A DNA stretch of 64,000 nucleotides from Laetmonice hystrix (lineage: Eukaryota), in NCBI GenBank assembly GCA_965235115.1, contig OZ249436.1, positions 32,304,001 through 32,368,000 on the forward strand. The letters run 5' to 3'. Of this stretch, positions 41,101 through 50,100 are shown piece after piece. Each line of letters opens with the position of its first letter. Position 1 is the stretch's first letter. The position numbers were made by a program, and so were the translations under genes. The notes below the pieces were generated by a model, which was given only the letters and a program-made list of their open reading frames with translations, searched no databases and was not told where the DNA came from.

Positions 41101-44100
41101 CATTTTTGGGGAAGGTCCCTGGTCGTCAAGCAGTGAAGCAAAACAGACTAGGTCTGGGAAACATGGGGCAAGTCTATACGGGGCCTCTTTAATGAGCACC
41201 TCAATTGGAAAGGAAAATTGGGAAAAGGAAGGAAAGAAACGAAAAATAAGAAGCTTTTCCCAAGGGAATATGGTCAGTTCCAGTCAGACGAATGAGGAGA
41301 AATATGAACAACACAGACTGCAGCTGAAATTTGATTATTTTGTCGCGTTCAAAACAGTAACAAAAAAGCCTGTTGTCAAATGTCAAAGGCACTGACATTT
41401 TCCATTTCACAAAGGCCTTAATAATTACATGTACATGTATTATGGTTGAAGCTGAAAAATAGCGGGCCCAGTTAGTTATACATGATCCTTTATATTGTTG
41501 CCATCTCTAAAGCGAGAGCTGTAACTTATATCAACAATAAAACAATATCAACAATGCCTTCTTGTAATCAATTCTCGTTCACACAAAGCGCCGTGTTTCA
41601 TATTACAGGAAATATCGATGACTGTTCAACAGACCCGAACATTTGGCAAAATGTTACCCAGGGCGTGAGGAGGTGCCCAGAGAAATCTATGCTGCCACTT
41701 CTCCTGTTTGTGGTATACATGATCATGACGAATATACTGCTGCTTAACCTCCTCATAGCCATGTTCAGGTAACTATATCTTAGCTTTGAGAGGACATACT
41801 TTATGTCTGCTGATGTAACCTTTGACAAATGTACTTATACATTGTTTTATAATATGCGTGGGCTGACATCAGTATCTTAGAACATATTTTTCTAGATTTA
41901 GACAACGTGGACTGGCCTTATGTTGAAATTAGGTATCAAGCGCAAATGAGTGTCTACAACTACTTTTCGTGTTTTTTTTTCAGCCACACATTTGAGCGTG
42001 TTCAAGAGAATTCTGAAAAAGTGTGGCGCTTTTACCGCTACAGCCTGGTTTACGAGTATTTTGACAAACCGGCGATGGTGCCTCCCCTCATCATCCTAAA
42101 TCACATTTTTAGAGTTTTCAAATATTGCACAAGGTGTTGTCGGGAGGATCAAGACAGAAACACAGATTTTCGTAAGTATTACTTTTCATGATTTACTCGC
42201 TAACTCGTTACATTCTGTGAATATTTTGTGGTAATGTTAAGTAGCAATCAAATTTGCTTTCATGTTGACGTTTTAAATTGGTATCTATTATGTTACCATA
42301 CAGTAATGCTGTTTGCTACTGCTGCTTGAATTTTAAGGTATTCTGGTCATTCTGTGAAGAAGCAACATGATCTACCGTGAGGCCTTTGCAAATGTCCGAT
42401 TCTGTAAACTCGAATTTCACTTTGTCTGCTTTGGACAGGTCAGAAACTGTCAGCACAAGAAAATAAAAGGCTAACAGCCTTTGAGCGTTCAGGAATGGAA
42501 ACGTACCTTTTGAAGCAATCTAAAGTAGACAGAGAGCATATCGATGCTAAAGTGTCCAGTGCAACGGAAAGGTAAGGCATATTATTACCTCACTTTGGGC
42601 TATAGCGCGTCTGCTCCTGCCATGAGGCTATGTCATTAACTAGATTCTTTGTCGATGCGGAGGCACGAGAAGCTGTATAACTGAAGAACCAGACATACTC
42701 ATACAGTACCGTGCCAGTCTGATGCCTAGACTGCTGGGTTTAAAATCAGATCAATCCAATTGGGTAAACTACACACACAGGGAGATAAGTCGCCGCCAAC
42801 AAGGCTTAAAAATCTAGTTTTGCGGGTATATAGAGAGGACGTCTCTCCCTCCCCTCAACCTGAGGAAAGCGTACCCAGGAAAGATGCTACCACCATCCTT
42901 AAAAAAGACGGAAAAAACGTTATGGAAGCTCTGTTTCGCTGGTTACTTATCTTTAGGAGATGTTGTAGAAGTTTGAGTCCGACTCCGAATTATGAAGGAT
43001 TCAACGGTGCAAATCATGACAGGAATCAAATGCATTTCAATCAATAACCCGTTATGAGTTCTTAGGACATTTCGATCGACCTAGTCTACCATTCCTATGG
43101 GGGGGGGGGTCCTAATTTACTTCTAACAACACCCCCTACCCCACCCTGAAACTGCAGCCAAGCCTTATACTTTATAATAAATTATCATACACAGGAACAC
43201 TTTGTTCATCGGTAAATGGAAAGTGGATCTCCATTGTAAAAAGGAAATTTCTGAGAGCTTTAAAATGTCTCGATCTCCTCCTGGCCGCAGTTGGTGTGAA
43301 CCGCCAGACGGAGTGAATTTATCGGGCTCCGAGAACGAGAGGGCTGCTATACACGGAATCACGCCACTCATAAATCAATACAGTTCCAGGAAGGCGGCGT
43401 GCTATATCCAATACCTGCTGCCAAAGGATCAGTGGAGCTTTTACGGGGAAGACAAATTTCCTGGAACTAGAACACAATAGCTGTTCAACTAAGTAATCAG
43501 CGGCAGGAATAGGATTCTTTGACGCATCAGTATCGTATGTAAAATTGGATGGCAAGTGCTTTAGTTTTTCAGTCAAAGGTCCTTATTGAATATAATATTT
43601 TGTAAAGATTATCAAAATAAGCTTTCCTTTTCCTAAATCGCCCAGAAATTCAGACAAATTGAGATTCTGAAGGAAAAATCTAACAGGAAATTATAAGGAA
43701 CTGCTAGGTTTCGTCTAAAGCAGTATAAAGTCCATGCAGATTTCAAACCCCCAAAATTAATTATCTCCTTCCGGCAATATTCTTGGTAATTGGAAAATAA
43801 AGAACTAATAACTACTGAGCTACTACTACATCAAGATATATCATGCACAACTCAACTTTATACCTAAATATAGGCATGTCACTGGGGGGTGTTTCACTAA
43901 GCGCGTCGGACCGTCCGACCGGTGACGGACCAAAAATTGCAGGCCCTACAACCAAGCGACAGACGGTCCATCACCGGTCGGACGGTCGGACGCGCTTAGT
44001 GAACCACTCCCCCCCCCCCCCACTGAATTCCGCGGCTGGCGATACGGGCATTGTAACTGTTTTTTTGGCTAATACAATGCAAACTTTGTATTCTGTCATA

Positions 44101-47100
44101 GTAGTCCCACCTGATGCATAATGTATTACTTATTGTCCATTCGTCCGAAGACGCCGATATTATCCACTCTTGTGTAAAAAAAGAACAAAAATAGAAATGA
44201 CTATCAATGTCAAGCGGAATTGGAAAGAACTAAGTTCTAAGAAAAGTCCAGATGCAGTTGGGATAAGGAAATACGTTGGTCTACATTACATCATGAAGCC
44301 CTCCCAGTGAACCCTTTATAACCTTTATCAACCTTTATTTTTGTTACCTTCTTTTATTTCCTTGATTTTTGTCCAAATAGCCTTATAACCTGTTTGTTTT
44401 GTTTTTTCTTTTTTTTTTGGGGGGGGGGGTCTTGAACCTTTATTTTTCTTCCAGCAACTTCTGGAGCCTTTGACCTTTTTAGATCACCAGCAGCAGCGGC
44501 GCCGCTGTCCAGCCTTGCTACAAAAGAGAAAATAATGCTATATTTTCCGCGCAAGATGGCGCTCACCCTATGAACCGATGAATTTCATTGGCTCTTCAAG
44601 TCAATGCCAGGTCAACAACCAGCTATCAGACGATCGCTTTATACCGACAACAGGCAACTAGAATGTTGAATTTCTGTGGGTATACATTTAGGAGTCATTG
44701 AAATAAGAGATAGTCGGTGTTGGCTACGACACGCCACAGTGCATGAAGGTCCGCGGGAGGTTTCATCGGTTAAAATTCTACAACTCTACATTTTTATTAA
44801 ATGCTCAAAAGATAGGGTACTGGGCTTTACTGGCGACTATGGAAGGCGGATACCTTTGAAATGTATAAAAGATATAGTTTAGTCACACAATAAATAGCAT
44901 GAAAAGCTTCAAATCTAAATTAGAGAAAGTTATGCAGTACCTCATCTAATATACGCCGTTATTTCATCATCATTAGAATAAGGAAAATCATTTCCAGGCA
45001 CCAAGACGGCCTGCAATGATAGATCTTTAAGATGACTGCTGGCCTATCGCTTCAAAACGACCAGCAGGCCATGGAGCATTGAAAGAACTTCGATGCAGTT
45101 CGATCCAGGCGCTTGGGTGCCTGGATTGGAAAAAAAGAAAATTGTCACATGTTCAGAACTTTGTAATAAGAAACATTGCAATATCTGGGAAAACTAAAAA
45201 AATGAGGGTCAATTAAAATGGACTTTTTGAGGACACCCCGAACTTTGACCTCTGGGTAATTGAGCAGAGCCAGTGTATGACATTGACCTGGTGTTCAACT
45301 GATGGGTATATTGATGTTAAGGCCATGCATTTTTGCCTCCTTAGTTGGCGTACCCTTCATAGCTATGGCCATTCATAGCTACGACGAGCAGGCCATGGCC
45401 ACAGTAACAGGTGCTATATGTCGTATGAGTTACCGTTTTAATTGTTCCTGTCAAGTCGCCATGAACGCGGAATGAATTTTAAATGCATTCTGTTTTGTGC
45501 CCAAGTGTGCCTTTAAGCACACCATTGCCCGGGGTATGCAGTGAGCGCGTTCACTGTATGTGACAAGGCAATGTAACCACTGCGGACTGGAAGATGTGCG
45601 TAGAACACGACTCTCTCGGTCATTAACCTGTTGCCGTCCATATGCTATGTATGCGAGGTGTCGTATTGTAATTATGCATGATTCATGCGAGTCGTTCCTG
45701 AGTGGTTTGAAGGGGCACACCCACGCGTACATATAGTACCTGCTCGAGTGACTGCTGCATGCACAGGCCGCCATAATCAATAATCGAAGTGGGCCCCATG
45801 GCTATGGCCACATCTCATTAGCCTCAGCAGCTGCCGCTCTTGATTTCACTTCTTGGAATCGTTAAGTGCAACGGGAATTCCTGGAAGTGTTTCTTTTCTG
45901 CAGCTTTCTTGCAATTCTGGAGAGAATATGGTATTCTGATATGGTAAAATGTCTGGCCTCATGCTCCAGCGTTGTGGCCAGTATCGATCTGTGTAATGTT
46001 AATATTGGATGAATACGGCATCTTGTTGCTGCAAGCACAACTCTTTGAATCCCCCTACTTATACCGGGCAAGTACTTTGGGCCTTGCAATAGTTCGAGCC
46101 GTATCACCTCAATGGGGTACTGTGTGGATGGGAAGCAGATTTTCATTATCAGCCTGGACCCAATGACAGATTCATCCAACTTTTATTAAAAGGTATATAT
46201 GAAATATTACAAAACGTTAGTGAATTAAAGCTTGGGCCTCTCATTGGCTGGTTGAAGCTGAGCAACAGAGTACCAGCCAATCAGAGGTCCTAAGCAGAGC
46301 TTAAGATGCTATACCTTTCTGAAACCGAGCCTGGAAGAGGATGACGGAGAGCAGGAAGAACGTTCCTGTCATTTCCAAAGAACGCGAAAACCACATCAGA
46401 AAAACTTGGCCACAAGGTCAAACAGAACGTGGGCCGTGACGTGTCAGTGAGAACCACGTGAACCACAGCGGTGACCCCAGGTCATGGATCGCCTCCTCCG
46501 TCATCGCCATCAGTAAACCCACCTACCACAGGTCAGCAATCGGCACACCGCAGACATAACATTTCCACTGAACACATTACGTTTTCATAGCACTTTTGTC
46601 AAAGGAAATTTCCCAAGGTTAGGCTACTGTCCTGTCGTATTAGCCGGACATGTATACTTTCTGTATTCCGTAATACTAGTCTAAAAAGCAATCTATAATT
46701 CCAGCTAAAGTGCCGGGAAAGCACCCCAGGCAAACCAGGCCCATATAGGCTGGTCTGGAAGTGTGTGTGTATGTGTAGGGGGGGACTTTCAAGCGAAGTG
46801 AAGTCCATCAGAGCACAAAAGTCTATAGATAAGTAATGCATCCGTGGCATGCCCATCCGAAAAATATGTAAAGGCTGCATTTCCTTCAGACTAGGAGCTA
46901 CACAAGATTGTTATATCTGCCTTGCATGGAAATTTTTAAAAGATAGTTAATTATTCAGATTTTTATCTTAACCAGGCGCACCTTAATTGGCTGGCTCTGT
47001 TGGTATGTTACAAGTAAGTGAAGTAACTGCCCCCAGCTTAGGGCCTGCCATGTGCCAGGTGTTTAGAGAGTAGTGTTTTTAACTTCCTTTTACTGGGGGG

Positions 47101-50100
47101 GGGGGGGTATTTAAAAAAAATACCATAGATCTCGATCACACCTTTAAAAATATTTTTTGTTCAGAAACATTAAGTCATGACCTGAGATAACACAACTTGA
47201 TTTTGAACCTTCACGTAAACAGGTACAGGTTGGTACACATAATGCAGGAAGTTTATAATCTTGCCACAGATAATGATATACTACATGTAAAAGAAAGAAG
47301 CACGTCATTTTATTTTATTTTACACTTTCCTCATTATAGCAAACAGGTCAGAATTATATAAAACTTTCCGGGATAAGATTAAAAGTAAACTTGGGCCAGA
47401 AAAACCGTTTTCCAGCAAGGCGACAATGCTTTACGGAAGGACTGGATACCTAGCGGTTCTATGCTCCAGTGAAGCAGCAATGCTTACTCGGAAGCTCCGT
47501 ACTGTTTCAGGGAACCAGTCAGTTCCAGTCCAGATATTTAGCTCAGTAACAGTATTCATCTCGGGGCAGCACAGCCTCACAGACTCCAGGGAAGATAAAA
47601 AAAAAGATATTATCAACTCGTAGTACCTTTTATATAGGCGGGTGATAAATTCCACAAACTAATAAGATGTTGTATTCCCCGTGAAAATATGAGTCATGAT
47701 TTATGGCGCTTACATGCATGTTATTTATGTTATTGCAAGAGGTTTGCGACTTTTCTTTGTCAGCTCATGGGGATGGGGCAGGGGTCGAAGGTATATGAAC
47801 TCAAGATGTAATCAAAATCATAGCACAGAATATCAGTAAACGTGTACAAGCACACCTGATGCTGACAATGCCAACTGTAAGGACTCCTACGTTTTCATAC
47901 ATTTTAAGCAAATGCAGCGGCTGAACACAATGTCAGTGACTCACAAAGAAATCCGGTTAAACATCCGACCAACATGATCGGTATGCGAATATTATTGGGA
48001 TTCTTCTTTTATCGTTATATTTCCCGGCCTGCTCCATTGAACCTATTCAAATGATCTTCCCCTCCACTGCCAAAACCATGGAAGGAACCATGTTGATATC
48101 AAGTTGTCATTTTGTGCTCCGTAAAACTGCCAAAACCATGGAAGGAACCATGTTGATATCAAGTTGTCATTTTGTGCTCCGTAAAACTGCCAAAACCATG
48201 GAAGGAACCATGTTGATATCAAGTTGTCATTTTGTGATCCGTAAAACTGCCAAAACCATGGAAGGAACCATGTTGATATCAAGTTGTCATTTTGTGCTCC
48301 GTAAAACTGCCAAAACCATGGAAGGAACCATGTTGATATCAAGTTGTCATTTTGTGCTCCGTAAAAACTGTTATTCCGAGAAGAGAAGGTGGAACGCGGG
48401 GGTTTGTGTTAAGTTTGTGTCATACACGTACCGACTCGCTTCAAGTCTGTCTACTCCTTCCAACTAGTTTTTTATGCATTGCCCCCGCCCCCTAATCAGA
48501 GCCAGTCGAGGCCAGTTGAATGCAGTCGGCAAGCCGCATGGGCGAGGCGGTGTATGGATGGAGTTGAGCGGGTCGGTAAGTGCATGGCCTTTTTTGGTAC
48601 CTCCCCCTGGTCATTAATACATACCTCCGGTCATTATTATATAATATGTACCCCCGGGGTAGTCTAGATAACAACCACCGTCCCCACTCATATAATTTAC
48701 ACACACAGCCATATAACACAAAAATAAACAAAATTTTATCTTTACTGCATCGTTCCTATAACGGAACGTAGGTTCAAGGAAGGAGGTTGTAACCGGATTG
48801 TACGCCTATATAAATGCTGAATGTGTCATATTGTCCAAACCAATATATTCCTTGAATGTCAAAAAAGAAAATACATATGGGGGATCCACGGGGGCCTAGG
48901 GGGTCCGCCCCCTTAGATTTTCCTTCTTTTTTTGGTTAGATGAAGATGCATTAGTACACTCAAGTTCAAAAGCCGAGCATAGCGAGGCAAAAACAAAATT
49001 TAGGTGGGTCCCCCTTATCAAAAACCTGATGGGACCCCCTTATCAAAATCCTGATCAGTGCCCCCCCCCCCCCCCTTATCAAAATCCTGGATCCCCCACT
49101 ACATAAGTAAACTTGCGCTAGCCCTTTTTAACTTCAGAAATCACTCCATTTCCAAGTGATAAACACATTTCATACGTTTCAATTTCACCTTTCCTTCATT
49201 CTCAATATTTAACAACTTTTGCATCTTAAACATTCATCGTGTTTAATATTACAAAGTAGCTTTGGCTAGTTTCGCGGTGGTTTTTAATATTCGCGCAGTA
49301 TACAATTGCAGGAAACTAGGACTCTCTCAAAAACGTGTGACGTGAGCGGCTAAAAATGAGTGAGTTTAATCTTTTATTGTCCAAGTCCAGGGATGAAGGC
49401 GCCAGGGGACGTCGGCCTGGTGTTATGAGAAGTGGCTTGCGGTTTTTCTTTTCGATTTCTCTATCGACTACGGCTTTTAGTGTAGTATCGTTGAAAGGGT
49501 GAGATGGTGCTTGATATTGCTAATGAAAAGCGGGGTTAAGTAGAGTGACTTTCACTGTCGAGTATGGAGGGAGGGGGTAGATTTTATATAGGGAGCTGGG
49601 TTCACTATTATCTACCTGGGGGGTAGTTATTATGGGGGGGGGGTAAGTTATGTGACACCGGCTTTACATGCTGTGCCGAGCTGTAACATAGGATTGGCTG
49701 GTACCCCATTTCTCAATCTGACCCGTCAGAAATCGCACAAGCGGGGTTGATTCAAGGATCGACTAACCCTATAATCTTACCTTAACCCTAACCGAGGGGC
49801 GTCTATAGGTCAGAGGTAGGGGGGGGGGTTACTTGGATACCGCAGCCAATCAGTAGCCTCGAAATATTCCCTATTGCTTTGTCGTTTGGTGAAAAAAGAT
49901 TCGACGCCGACCTTTCAGAGGATCACAGGACCATCATACTCAGTCATACTTGGATGGGACCATGCTTCCCGAACCAGAGGCCGTGGCGCGCTGCCAGAGT
50001 CCTCGGCCACGACACGGCCCACGTGAATGAAAGAGGGGCCCAAGGCTGGCGAGATGTCAACGAGGTCCGCCAAAACTCATTCAGAGATTCACAGTCCAAG

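Noticed and set aside
42760..46560. Short ORFs in TRPM intron 25 as possible NUDT9-H exons or a nested gene
   Set aside because: No Nudix-like motifs, no consistent splice phases, no recognisable domain
48043..48467. ORFs with a 20-aa repeat
   Set aside because: Artefact of the 60-bp tandem repeat; no splice signals or spacers
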